Source of the DNA: Candidatus Poribacteria bacterium
Lineage (GTDB): Bacteria; Poribacteria; WGA-4E; PCPOR2b
Length of the DNA stretch: 64,000 nucleotides
Direction of reading: 5' to 3'
Assembly: GCA_965116925.1 (NCBI GenBank)
Contig: OZ220744.1
Location: 1,376,001 to 1,440,000, forward strand
Program-made: the position numbers and the translations under genes
In this document: positions 10,588-20,318 of the stretch, piece by piece
Layout: each line of letters opens with the position of its first letter
How positions within the stretch are numbered: the first letter of the stretch is position 1
The notes under the pieces: model-generated
The model's input: the letters and a program-made list of their open reading frames with translations, nothing else
Told to the model about the DNA's origin: nothing
Database searches by the model: none

Positions 10588-10628
10588 TGTCAAAAATATT
10601 TGACACCTACACAAATGTATAGTATAAT
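10588..10628 (+). promoter_or_regulatory. Consensus sigma70 promoter with an inverted repeat over the -35 box
   Basis: TTGACA 10600-10605, 17-nt spacer, TATAAT 10623-10628; TGTCAAA-AATA-TTTGACA palindrome at 10588-10605. Confidence 0.8.
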
Positions 10629-10701
10629 TTGCCGAAGTGTTAAAATAGCAATATCATAACACTCGGTAATCGGTTGTCTAAAAAATGGAAGGAATACCGA
10701 G

Positions 10702-11091
10702 TTGGAATGGCCAGACTTTTATCCAGCGAACTGTCCGCCTGTGGAAGCCGAGCCCGCCTCAGGTATAGTTTACCGCCTTGTGAACCACGATCCGCCACAA
10801 GAGGAGGATTTCAAAACACCCTTTGAAGAAAACCCAAAAAGATTTGATAACAAACCAGATATCAGAAACTGTGGACTCTCCATCCATACAAATCCACAAG
10901 ATAGCCAGCAACTCAAGAAGACGATGAAGATGGTCCCGAGATTCAAAAACAGCCAAATTGCTGAAGGTGAACTCAATCCAACGCTAGGATTGACTCAACA
11001 TACACCGTCATCAAAATATAGATCTCATCATTCTTGGTGGATACCCATTGGAGCAGCACCTTGGGTTGTTTTTAAGATAATAAGCGGATAA
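10702..11091 (+). CDS. Hypothetical protein, possibly ADP-ribosyltransferase-like fold
   Basis: TTG start after AAGGA and downstream of a strong promoter. The VYR...CGLS...HHSWW pattern suggests the fold, but that call is an inference. Confidence 0.6.
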   Translation: MEWPDFYPANCPPVEAEPASGIVYRLVNHDPPQEEDFKTPFEENPKRFDNKPDIRNCGLSIHTNPQDSQQLKKTMKMVPRFKNSQIAEGELNPTLGLTQHTPSSKYRSHHSWWIPIGAAPWVVFKIISG

Positions 11092-11122
11092 AAAAGTAAA
11101 CAATAATTGAGAAAGGAGGTAA

Positions 11123-11739
11123 ATGATGGCTGATATACTCAATATTACAGGTTTAGGCAGACTTGAAATTGTAGAAACCTACGTATATTACGATCAGCCT
11201 GTCCTCTTCTCCTGCAAAAGCGCGGCAGGCCATCTTTACCTTGCTGTGGCTGCTGATAAAAACGACGAACATGAAACTTGGCTCTACGTTGGAGTTTCCG
11301 CTGAACGCCTCAATCTCATCCGATCTGGTACAATTGACCTCCACGACGCATTTGCTGAGCCTGAAGACAGCTTTTTACTCCAGGAAATAATTCCATACGA
11401 CGACCAAACCCAACCCCAGATGGAACCGATCCAGCCAGATCAGATCTCTGAGGATATGCTGCCAATACCGGGTGAATGTCTTGATCTTGAAATCGAAACA
11501 CTTCCAGTACTAAACAATTCAGAAGAAATAGCAAAACCACAAACCAAGAAATTTTGAACCTAACTCTCAACTTTGCTGAGGGCCCCAAAACAGAAGTACC
11601 TCTTGCCTTCCTAAGCAAAATTTTCGGAAAACTCCAAGACGTAATTAACACAATTGGAATGATTCATGCTAACTTAAATGAGCCGGGAATACACCGCAAC
11701 AATTCAAGAAATCACCCAAAGAAACGAAGCCACAAATGA
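11123..11739 (+). pseudogene. DUF6575-like protein, probably frameshifted and truncated
   Basis: AGGAGG RBS and YYDQPVLFSC motif. Adding one A to the A4 run at 11533-11536 joins 11123..11557 to the 11554..11739 frame (AKTTNQEILNLTLNF). Confidence 0.55.
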
Positions 11740-11826
11740 AATTACCAAGCCGAAATATCAACTGCTTAGCCTCAGATGATAATCGGTAGACTCAAGTAGG
11801 TTAGTTTGTCGAAAATGGTTCTTTTT

Positions 11827-11886
11827 GACAATGGTGCCACCAACATTCTAGATTTGGTCTTTGTCGCGCAACAGTTCAGCCAATAA
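11827..11886 (+). pseudogene. Dockerin-like C-terminal gene remnant 1
   Basis: Reads DNGATNILDLVFVAQQFSQ*; homologous to the 3' part of remnant 2 (ending 12797). Confidence 0.65.
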
Positions 11887-11961
11887 AATAACCCTTTTTT
11901 GCCTTTTCAACCCTGAAATCTGATATAATGGATGATTAAAACGTGAAAAAGGAGAGCTATC

Positions 11962-12186
11962 ATGGCAAAGCGAATAGATATCCAGCCTGACATCTGCAAT
12001 GGACGACCTGTTATTGCTGGAACGCGTATCCCCGTTCAAACCATCATGGAGTTTCTGGGCGCAGGTGATTCCATAGATGAAGTACTTGAAGCGTATCCTT
12101 CCCTTAAAAGGGAGGACGTTTATGCCTGTATTCAATTCGCTGCCAAATTAATGGCAAATCATTACCAGATTCAAAAAATTGCATGA
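11962..12186 (+). CDS. DUF433 antitoxin-like protein
   Basis: PDICNGRPVIAGTRIPV...YPSL..EDV signature; AGGAG RBS. Confidence 0.92.
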   Translation: MAKRIDIQPDICNGRPVIAGTRIPVQTIMEFLGAGDSIDEVLEAYPSLKREDVYACIQFAAKLMANHYQIQKIA

Positions 12187-12524
12187 ACGGCTTTTTATTT
12201 GATGAAAACCTACCCGCTAACATCCGATTCGCGCCTACCTTCCCCGTGATCCATGTTTCGGTTTTGGGCGAAAGCCCAAGTGATACGCAAATTTGGGAAT
12301 ATGCGAAGCAAAACGGTTTAGCAATTGTTACCAAGGACGCTGATTTCTCGGATCGGCTTATGGTTGATGCTTCTCCGCCGAAGGTTGTCCATTTGCGTTT
12401 TGGAAATATGCGGCAGCACGTTTTCCAACTGTTTTTAGCCAGTGTTTGGTCGAATATTGAAGCATTGATAGTGGATCATAAGTTGATTGATGTATATCAG
12501 GATCGGATTGAGGCGATTAAGTAG
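12183..12524 (+). CDS. DUF5615 PIN-like (VapC45-type) toxin
   Basis: FLFDENLP, SDTQIW and IVTKDADF motifs; ATGA overlap with the DUF433 gene. Confidence 0.9.
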   Translation: MNGFLFDENLPANIRFAPTFPVIHVSVLGESPSDTQIWEYAKQNGLAIVTKDADFSDRLMVDASPPKVVHLRFGNMRQHVFQLFLASVWSNIEALIVDHKLIDVYQDRIEAIK

Positions 12525-12562
12525 ACAAGGTCCTGTTGACGTTTGATTGAAACAAAAACCAG

Positions 12563-12680
12563 CTAGTACACTGTCAGACAAATTATGATTGTCTATATGG
12601 ATTGAGACTCATAATACTTCGTAGGGGTCGGGTCACCCGACCCCCTTGTTGTATGCAAAACTTATATGACTGAGCACTAG
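12563..12680. mobile_element. MITE family D, copy 2
   Basis: Near-identical to 7648-7767 and flanked by CTAG. Confidence 0.85.
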
Positions 12681-12797
12681 TTCTCTGATCTTGATGACGA
12701 ATTTTACCTGAAAGCCAAAAACCCCGCCGATGTAAATAGCAATGGTACTGTCAACATCCTCGATTTGGTCTTTGTTGCCCAGCACTTCAGCCAATAA
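12681..12797 (+). pseudogene. Dockerin-like C-terminal gene remnant 2
   Basis: Reads FSDLDDEFYLKAKNPADVNSNGTVNILDLVFVAQHFSQ* (DVNxxGxVNILDL motif); no start codon. Confidence 0.75.
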
Positions 12798-12824
12798 TAT
12801 CGGTACTCTCTTAGGCAAATTGAT

Positions 12825-14513
12825 TCATTGAATACCCTCTTGAATCGAATTTGCATAAGGAATCCGCAGTGCGTCCATAGCCCCCTGCGCCGCACGGATA
12901 CCCGAATAACACGCCTCCTCAAAAAGCGGCAGCCCCGTCACATCCGCATTTGCGAAGAAAATCCTCCCAAACGGACGCCCACGCAGCGCTCGATCCGGAT
13001 GCCAGATGAAATTCGGCGTTGGTCTTATCATCGCGTGACCCCACTTATAGAGATCCATTCGGGTGATATCCTTTTCAATGCCAGGGTGCATCTCCCAAAG
13101 GTCTCTCATGATTGCGTTCACCCAAAAATCGTGCCCCTTGTCTAACAATTCTCTCCGCTTAATATCCGGTTCACGATCAAAGGGAAGGTAATAGGTAAGC
13201 ACCGACGGACCCTCACCATCCGCTGCAGCCCGCGTCTGATGCTCCGCAACGATATAGCCCAACCCCTCACTCTCATACATAACATTATCCCAAGCAAGTG
13301 CGCTCTGTTTTGTCTGCGGTAGCCGTTTGAGGTGGACACTCGCGGTCAGCCACGGCGTATATTGGCACTCCTGAAAAGCGGTTTTCTGGTCAGCTGGGAG
13401 GTTCGGTATGATATAGTTGGCGATATGCTTCTGCCCGGCATAAATCGCTGTCTGCCCACGCAGCGTCGTGAACTGGCGGGTCTGGGTATCCATGAAGGTT
13501 ACTAGCACCTCATCCCCCTGCTGACGGACAGACAGGACGAGGGCATTCAAGCGGACGTTTGCCGAGGAGAAACGTTGTGCCATGCCGTTCACCAGAAAGG
13601 CGTTACCTTGGGACCATGTGACTGTATGGACTGGAAACCGATCTTGTAGTTGATCCGCATAATAACGGCAAGCGTAGTAGTGAATCCCTGCCCACGCCGA
13701 AACCTCATCAATCGGACAGGCGTAATCGTCGCGGCATCCGTAATTGACAAACCAATCCAACCGTTCCGAATCCCACCCCTTTTGGCGCATATATTCCTGC
13801 ATCGTGATCTTATCTAACGCACGCACCTCTGGATCCGCGCTACTATATTCTAACGGCAGCGTAAACGCACGGCGTTGGTCCGCGCCCCTATACAGCATCC
13901 ACCTAAGCATATCAGTCTCAAATTCTTCAAAAACTTGTTGATCTCCTTGAGTTCCGGTGGAAAAAGGATCGAGGTGCTCCACCCAACGGTCATCAATAAA
14001 CAGACGCTCCGCCGGTTCGCGCAGGATGTAATCAGGGTTCATGATGGGCCAACCGAGCGGCGTATAACCCACGACCACCTGAAGCTCCTCAAGCACTTCA
14101 AGGATACAATCCGCCTCCATCGGCGGTGTGTTGATGTAGTGCGCCCCCCAAGGGAATGCGCTACCATTCACCCCAACCTGACCTGAGATTGAGGTTCCAC
14201 CCAATTGGTCTCCCAGATCAAGAATAACAAAATCGGTGACACCGGATCTCGCCAACTTCCAGCCAGCACTGACCCCCGACACCCCACCGCCGATAATAAT
14301 TGCAGTGTATCGCTTGTCGTGTGGGGGTGGGATGAGCGCATCCGAAAGCGGTTGCCGAACCAGATGCCCGATCCCGCTCGGCTCACCGACCACTTCGCCC
14401 GGAATATCGAAAGTCGATGGCTTAGGGGTAGGGGACGAACATCTCGGCAAAAACGGCATCCCTAATCCGAGGAGACAGTATTGTAGGAAAAGACGACGGG
14501 GAATTGGACGCAT
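12825..14513 (-). CDS. Tat-exported FAD-dependent amine oxidoreductase
   Basis: PRRLFL twin-arginine leader; IIGGGVSG, WGAHY, WGHAM and LFEEA motifs; adjacent to speE. Confidence 0.85.
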   Translation of the reverse strand: MRPIPRRLFLQYCLLGLGMPFLPRCSSPTPKPSTFDIPGEVVGEPSGIGHLVRQPLSDALIPPPHDKRYTAIIIGGGVSGVSAGWKLARSGVTDFVILDLGDQLGGTSISGQVGVNGSAFPWGAHYINTPPMEADCILEVLEELQVVVGYTPLGWPIMNPDYILREPAERLFIDDRWVEHLDPFSTGTQGDQQVFEEFETDMLRWMLYRGADQRRAFTLPLEYSSADPEVRALDKITMQEYMRQKGWDSERLDWFVNYGCRDDYACPIDEVSAWAGIHYYACRYYADQLQDRFPVHTVTWSQGNAFLVNGMAQRFSSANVRLNALVLSVRQQGDEVLVTFMDTQTRQFTTLRGQTAIYAGQKHIANYIIPNLPADQKTAFQECQYTPWLTASVHLKRLPQTKQSALAWDNVMYESEGLGYIVAEHQTRAAADGEGPSVLTYYLPFDREPDIKRRELLDKGHDFWVNAIMRDLWEMHPGIEKDITRMDLYKWGHAMIRPTPNFIWHPDRALRGRPFGRIFFANADVTGLPLFEEACYSGIRAAQGAMDALRIPYANSIQEGIQ

Positions 14514-14664
14514 GGTTTAAGTGAAACGTAATGCGTGAAACGTGAAAACAATTTTGGTTCATTCGTACATGAATGAACTAATGAGCCAATGAACTCTTGA
14601 ACTCAATATCTTCACCAACTCATGCCAAAGATTGCATAGAACTCCAAGAATCTGAGGCAAATTC

Positions 14665-16200
14665 CTAAAGTCCCCAAGATTCCCAACCCTCCCGGTGATA
14701 GAACAGCAGAATTGGCGTCAAAAGGGTATTGATTTGCGTTTCGACCTCATCAATATCTTTGTTAAAGACAAACAGGGGGGCGAGCGATTCGTCCGAAAGA
14801 AAGCGGGTTGGCACCGTTATCCTAACCTTCTGTGGATCAATCTGCCACTCACCAAAAAGATTGAACCCCCATTCGCCAAAACTTGGCACATTCACATGGT
14901 AAGGGGTTGCATACAACCCGGCAGATTCGATTGTCTGATGGATACACCAGAACGCATTGTGTGCAAAAAAGGGAGAACTGCTCTGCGTCACGGCGAGTCC
15001 GTCTTTGGCGAGGCGACGTTTGACGAGGTGATAGAATGTATCTGAGTAGAGCGACACAAGCGACTCATCGGTAGGATCAGGGAGGTCGATAATAATTAAA
15101 TTATAGCGTTGGTCGGTTGCTTGGAGGAATTGCTGTGCATCCTGATTAATTACCTTCACCTTCGGGTTGTGGAGTGCGTCTTGGTTGAGTCGGCGCAATG
15201 TGCTGTCTGTAGACGAAAGTTCCGTTATCATCGGGTCAAGGTCAACCACCGTGATGTCATCCACATCGTTGTATTTCAGGATCTCACGCGCTGCGAGGCC
15301 ATCGCCGCCGCCGAGGACAAGCACCTGTGTCCGTGAAGGAATCAAAGAAGCCGCCGGATGAATCAAGGCTTCATGATAGCGATACTCGTCCATCGCGCTG
15401 AACTGCAAGCGGCCGTTGATGTAGAGACGGACATCGTCCTTCCAGCGTGTGACGACAATACGTTGATACTTGGACGCCTTCGACAGGATAATCCGGTCGG
15501 CGTAAACACGCTGTTCAAGGTAGCGGCTCACCGGATTGCTAATCACTAGCGCGACAATCAGTCCCATTGTTACTAGCACAGCTGCTGCAACGGTCCGCTT
15601 GAAGTGCTGGATTTCGCGTCGAAACAGAATCAGGTTGCCAATCACCACAGCAAGATTGGCAAGCCCCATGACCAACGAAGTCTCAAAAATTCCCAACAGG
15701 GGCAACAGCAGCAGTGGGAACGCAAGAGAACCGATTAATCCGCCCAGATAATCAAAGGTGAGGGCATTTGCTAGCGCAATTCGTAGGGTCGTATATTCGC
15801 GGAAGATTCGAGTCAGCAGCGGAAGTTCCAAGCCAATCAGCGTCCCAATGAGAATAATTAATATCCACATGGTTGGGACATAGAAGAATTTGAAGCTGTA
15901 TGCTGCAAAAAGGATAGGGCAAGAAAAACCACCGATGCACCCAATTACCAGCTCAACCCGGATAAACGCTGTGATGAGTTGACGGGTGATATATTTCGAC
16001 AGATACGATCCGATCCCCATCGCTGTCATAAACAGCCCGATCGTAATCGAAAATTGATAGATGCTGTTGCCCAAGAGGTAGGAAGATAAACTCCCGATCC
16101 CAAGTTCATAAACAATCGCACAAATTGCAATAATTGAAACCGAGAGGAGAAGTATAACGCCGCGTGACTTGAGACGCCGATCGATATCGTTTGCATTCAT
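14665..16200 (-). CDS. speE: Membrane-anchored polyamine aminopropyltransferase (spermidine synthase)
   Basis: Multi-pass hydrophobic N-terminal domain; DEYRYHE, LVLGGGDG and IIDLPDP motifs. Confidence 0.9.
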   Translation of the reverse strand: MNANDIDRRLKSRGVILLLSVSIIAICAIVYELGIGSLSSYLLGNSIYQFSITIGLFMTAMGIGSYLSKYITRQLITAFIRVELVIGCIGGFSCPILFAAYSFKFFYVPTMWILIILIGTLIGLELPLLTRIFREYTTLRIALANALTFDYLGGLIGSLAFPLLLLPLLGIFETSLVMGLANLAVVIGNLILFRREIQHFKRTVAAAVLVTMGLIVALVISNPVSRYLEQRVYADRIILSKASKYQRIVVTRWKDDVRLYINGRLQFSAMDEYRYHEALIHPAASLIPSRTQVLVLGGGDGLAAREILKYNDVDDITVVDLDPMITELSSTDSTLRRLNQDALHNPKVKVINQDAQQFLQATDQRYNLIIIDLPDPTDESLVSLYSDTFYHLVKRRLAKDGLAVTQSSSPFFAHNAFWCIHQTIESAGLYATPYHVNVPSFGEWGFNLFGEWQIDPQKVRITVPTRFLSDESLAPLFVFNKDIDEVETQINTLLTPILLFYHREGWESWGL

Positions 16201-16248
16201 CTCAACCCAAAAGCCCTCGCCAAAATCCTAAGCAGCATCAAAGAAGTG

Positions 16249-17355
16249 CTACAAAGGTCCCGCCATCTTGTTTGAGTGTAAGAGCTTTCTTGCCTTCCAC
16301 TGCCGCCAAAAATTCACACCTGCGCTGAATAAGAAACCGACACCAATCATACCCAATGTAAACCCACCTATCGCGTATTTTGGAATCATCATACCGTAAG
16401 AACCTACCCCAATAGCGAGGGCTGCAATACCGAAATCACTAAAACACCGGTCTCGTGCGCGTTTGCGAATCCGCTGCAAATTCTTTGATCGCTCCTGTCT
16501 GACATATTTGTTCAGCAGTTCAGCGGAGATCTGCGTCGGATAAACCGGCGTCTCCCGGCCAACTGCATCGGGGTTCAAACGAGCGGGCACGACATCTCGA
16601 ACACACCGAAAACCGATATTGCTTGCGGTGTAATTGGGTGGGGCGTGCAGACGGTTGGCGCATCGGAAATATCGATTTGCGGTTTCGTCCCGAACCTCTA
16701 ACCATGAACCCCCTCGCAAAACCTTATGTTTTTCCCCATAGTCACCATCTTGATAGGAGTTCCCTTCATACGGTTGATACCAGTCAGCGGTCCATTCCCA
16801 CACATTTCCAGCGACCTCGTGCACGCCGTAAGGACTTATAGCAGCAGGACGATCTCCTACCGGTGTAGGTTGATCGGTGAGAAGGCTCGTCCCCTGATTC
16901 GCGGCAGCTTCAAATTCATTCCCCCAGGGGTAAATCCGACCATCAGCACCCCGCGCTGCTTTCTCCCATTCCGCTTCGGCGGGGAGCCGCGCTTGCGCCC
17001 ATTCCGCGTATGCCTTTGCATCATACCAACTGATGTGAACAATGGGTAAGGTCGCTTCGTCCGCAGGAGCTTCCCCATCTTCCCAGTGGGGTGGCGGTGT
17101 GTGTCCTGTTGCATTCACAAAAACTTCATATTCTGCGTTTGTGACCGGATAACGATCGATTCGGTAAGGTTCAAGAAACCGAACATGTATCGGTGCTTCG
17201 TCTAATTTGGCACATCGCGACTGCTCCAAAATTGTGCCGTAGAACGGTTCGATGTCGGTGCCCATAATGAACGCACTCGATGGAATAAGCACATCATCCC
17301 AATTTGGGGGAGCGTTTGAAACGACACCACTTTGGTCTATCGACGAAAATTCCAT
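16249..17355 (-). CDS. FGE-sulfatase (SUMF1) domain protein with two C-terminal TM helices; probably not a catalytic FGE
   Basis: VTNAEY, AEWEKAARG, GNVWEW, LRGGSW and GFRC motifs; lacks the catalytic Cys pair after RGGS. Confidence 0.85.
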   Translation of the reverse strand: MEFSSIDQSGVVSNAPPNWDDVLIPSSAFIMGTDIEPFYGTILEQSRCAKLDEAPIHVRFLEPYRIDRYPVTNAEYEVFVNATGHTPPPHWEDGEAPADEATLPIVHISWYDAKAYAEWAQARLPAEAEWEKAARGADGRIYPWGNEFEAAANQGTSLLTDQPTPVGDRPAAISPYGVHEVAGNVWEWTADWYQPYEGNSYQDGDYGEKHKVLRGGSWLEVRDETANRYFRCANRLHAPPNYTASNIGFRCVRDVVPARLNPDAVGRETPVYPTQISAELLNKYVRQERSKNLQRIRKRARDRCFSDFGIAALAIGVGSYGMMIPKYAIGGFTLGMIGVGFLFSAGVNFWRQWKARKLLHSNKMAGPL

Positions 17356-18128
17356 TCAGCGGACCCGTACTTTGTCTGTGCAAGCAATTCAGCGGTTTCT
17401 ATCTCTTGGGGAAGTAGTTCGGTTTCAACGAATTGAACCTTGAGCGTCTGCCCAAATCCAAGGGTAACTGCATCTTCAAGCCGCTTCCGATAAATCGGGA
17501 CAGATCGGTGCTGGTTGATTGCAGTGGACTGGCCCGCTGCTACCCGATCAAAGCCGACCTGTTTTGAAGCGAGAGCTAAAACATCTGAGGTGGGAAGATC
17601 GAGGGCGATGTAACCTTGATACATTACACCCACTTGATTACGACGCTGAGAAACGCCTGCAATCTTTTTTCCGTTCAGCAGGGTATCGTACTGGGCTGGA
17701 TTGGTAAGGCAAATATTGGGAGCGTCGTCTGCTATTGGCTTTGCGATCTGGTGTGCGACATCAATTCCTAACCGCTGCAATCCGTTAATCAGGCAGTCGC
17801 TGATCGCGCAGTATGCCGCCGAAATATCCTTCGACAGACCGCCGCAACCGTGAGGAACGATAATAGTATAGGTCACATCCCAACCATGCACCACGGTGCC
17901 GCCGCCAGTCATTCGCCGAACAAGTTCAATGCCATGAGTATCACACGCTGCGACATCTACCTCCTCTGCAACCTGCTGGAAGTAGCCGAAACTGAATGAT
18001 GGCTGCAGCCAGTCATAAAACCTCAATGTCGGTTGAAAACTAGCTTTCTGCGTCAAAAGCATCGCCTCATCGATTGCCATATTCATGGCGGCGTTATTCT
18101 GATCAGTGTTGATAAGCCTCCAAGTCAA
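17337..18128 (-). CDS. Lipoate-protein ligase / octanoyltransferase (LplA/LipM-like)
   Basis: NMAIDEA, RRMTGGGTVVH and GKKIAGVSQ motifs. Confidence 0.9.
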   Translation of the reverse strand: MTWRLINTDQNNAAMNMAIDEAMLLTQKASFQPTLRFYDWLQPSFSFGYFQQVAEEVDVAACDTHGIELVRRMTGGGTVVHGWDVTYTIIVPHGCGGLSKDISAAYCAISDCLINGLQRLGIDVAHQIAKPIADDAPNICLTNPAQYDTLLNGKKIAGVSQRRNQVGVMYQGYIALDLPTSDVLALASKQVGFDRVAAGQSTAINQHRSVPIYRKRLEDAVTLGFGQTLKVQFVETELLPQEIETAELLAQTKYGSAEWNFRR

Positions 18129-18261
18129 TGATACCCCCTACCTACCCTTTCCAGTTGGTTCATTTCCATAGATGTGAATTTGCACATTCGCAGCTTCTGC
18201 CCATAGTGATGTATACACGGCATCTGACAGATCTGCTTGAGGAGTTAGCAACAGTAGGGAA

Positions 18262-18675
18262 TCACACCGTAACCCCGCGCCACTCATCCTTTGCACACGT
18301 AATGTCAATCACGTTGCCATCCGGATCAGAGACCTTGAAAGATCGGGTCGGCGGTTTTTCCCAATCGATCAGATTGCGCTGTTTGACATCATCACGTAGA
18401 AGGTCAGCGCCACTGTCTAGAAGTTTTTTGTAGATATCCGCCAAGTCTTCCACAATGACCCCAATGTGCATAAACTCGGTGAGTTCCTCTAGCGGCTGAC
18501 GTTCTTCTCCATCGTATTGGAGGATTGTCATGTTGAGCGTCCCATCGGTGAGATCGATGCTGCTGCTACTGTCTGGACCACGATAGCCAACAAATTTGAA
18601 TCCAATCATCTCATAAAATCGGCGTGTCTCTTCCTTATCTTTAACTCGCAATGCGACATGTCTCAGAAATGCCAT
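18262..18675 (-). CDS. VOC/glyoxalase family protein
   Basis: LRHVALRV, HIG and DPDGN motifs; start after AGGAGG. Confidence 0.85.
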   Translation of the reverse strand: MAFLRHVALRVKDKEETRRFYEMIGFKFVGYRGPDSSSSIDLTDGTLNMTILQYDGEERQPLEELTEFMHIGVIVEDLADIYKKLLDSGADLLRDDVKQRNLIDWEKPPTRSFKVSDPDGNVIDITCAKDEWRGVTV

Positions 18676-18860
18676 CTTGATATTCCTCCTAAAAATTACC
18701 CGTGTAGTAGCAGGCACACGCCGTGTGCCGTAACTTAAATTATTATAACCGAAATTCATAGACTTGCCAACAAAAAAGCGGTGCACTCTCCGCTTGACTT
18801 AGACCGCGAATCCGTGTTATAACTGCCGGTATACTACATCATCCTTTCAGGAGGTAAAAT

Positions 18861-19733
18861 ATGAGTTGGGATTTTGAACTGGTTGCAGGACCATTCGATT
18901 TCACGGAAGGACCCGCATGGGCTGGGGAAGCGGTACTATTCACCGATATTCCGAACAACCACATCATGCGTTATGATCCGAGCAGCGACGAATGCACAGA
19001 GTTTCGCACAGGAACAAACGAAGCAAATGGTCTGATGTTCGATAAGGCGGGACATCTATACGCCTGCGAAGGTGGAAGTGGAGGCAGGCGGATGGTGCGT
19101 TACAACGCGGATGGCACCACGGATGTGCTCGCGGATAGTTTTGAAGGTAAACGGCTCAACAGTCCGAATGACCTTGCTTTCGACGCACAGGGACGGATAT
19201 GGTTTACCGATCCACGTTACGGCGAGAAGTTCGACGATATGGAACTTGGACACGAATCTGTGTTCCGTCTAGATCCGCAGTCGGGTGGCGCGTGGGAAAT
19301 CAACCGAGTCACATACGACACAACGAAGCCGAATGGACTCCTGATTTCGCCGGATCAGAAGTGGCTCTATGTTGCCCAAAGCCACTATGGCGAGAACAAG
19401 CGGGAGTTACGCGGGTATCCAATCAACGACGATGGAACCGTTGGGGAATATGAGGTGCTGCACAACTTCTTTCCACATCGTGGGATTGATGGGATGTGTC
19501 TGGATACAGAGGGGAATATCGTCGCGACAGCGGGTTGGCAACAGAGCGGACCGGGCCCCATGATCTATGTTTTCGCACCGAACGGGCGTGTGCTGGAAAC
19601 CCATCCAATTCCGAGCGACCAACCGACAAATTGCACCTTCGGAGACGCAGATCTGCAAACGCTCTACGTGACCGCGGGGGGATGCCTCTATCGCACCCGG
19701 ACAGAGCGGAAGGGGTATCTGATTTATCCGTGA
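18861..19733 (+). CDS. SMP-30/gluconolactonase family protein
   Basis: FTEGP, NSPND, FTDP, PNG and DGM motifs; upstream TTGACT-N18-TATAAC at 18794-18823. Confidence 0.92.
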   Translation: MSWDFELVAGPFDFTEGPAWAGEAVLFTDIPNNHIMRYDPSSDECTEFRTGTNEANGLMFDKAGHLYACEGGSGGRRMVRYNADGTTDVLADSFEGKRLNSPNDLAFDAQGRIWFTDPRYGEKFDDMELGHESVFRLDPQSGGAWEINRVTYDTTKPNGLLISPDQKWLYVAQSHYGENKRELRGYPINDDGTVGEYEVLHNFFPHRGIDGMCLDTEGNIVATAGWQQSGPGPMIYVFAPNGRVLETHPIPSDQPTNCTFGDADLQTLYVTAGGCLYRTRTERKGYLIYP

Positions 19734-19753
19734 TGCGATTCGACAAAAGTAGT

Positions 19754-20317
19754 CTATGAAATGGCGCAAAGCCTCCGCTTCATGAAAACTGCTATCTCAC
19801 CTTCAGGATAATCATCGTTTGAGTAGAAGGAAATATCAACTCCTTCTACTCTGAAACCTAGCCTGCGATAGACATTGATAGCCGTGGGATTTGTATTCTG
19901 CGTCTCGCAAACGATTATCCGAAACCCTGCACGACTCGCTTTCGCTGCAACGCATTCCATCAATTGCCTACCGATACCCTGGTTGCGATATGTCTGGGCG
20001 ACATGAAACTCATGGACAGATAAGCTGCGATTCCATCGGTGTCCTTCGGCAATGGCAAGTCCGACAAGCATATCGCCATTGAATGCCCCAAACGAATAAC
20101 CGGTGTTGATGACCGCATTATATTGCTGGAGGATCTCATTGTCGTAATGAAATCTCTTGACATACGGCTTGTCGAGGGTAACAAGACACAGTTCAAATGA
20201 AACGCAATTTCCCGCTTCTGTGTGGCCGACTGCGTATTTGCTGTCAGAAGAGTAGCCGCTTGCAATCCGCCTCAAGTCAACGAGGTTTATTTGCGTCAAA
20301 GACCGGATCTCGACCAT
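19754..20317 (-). CDS. GNAT acetyltransferase, streptothricin-acetyltransferase-like
   Basis: RNQGIG, ETQNTN.TAI..Y..LGF and GVDISFY motifs. Confidence 0.8.
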   Translation of the reverse strand: MVEIRSLTQINLVDLRRIASGYSSDSKYAVGHTEAGNCVSFELCLVTLDKPYVKRFHYDNEILQQYNAVINTGYSFGAFNGDMLVGLAIAEGHRWNRSLSVHEFHVAQTYRNQGIGRQLMECVAAKASRAGFRIIVCETQNTNPTAINVYRRLGFRVEGVDISFYSNDDYPEGEIAVFMKRRLCAIS

Positions 20318-20318
20318 C

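Noticed and set aside
6447..14596. Short repeats as a CRISPR array
   Set aside because: Units are 7-8 bp with no unique spacers, and there are no cas genes.
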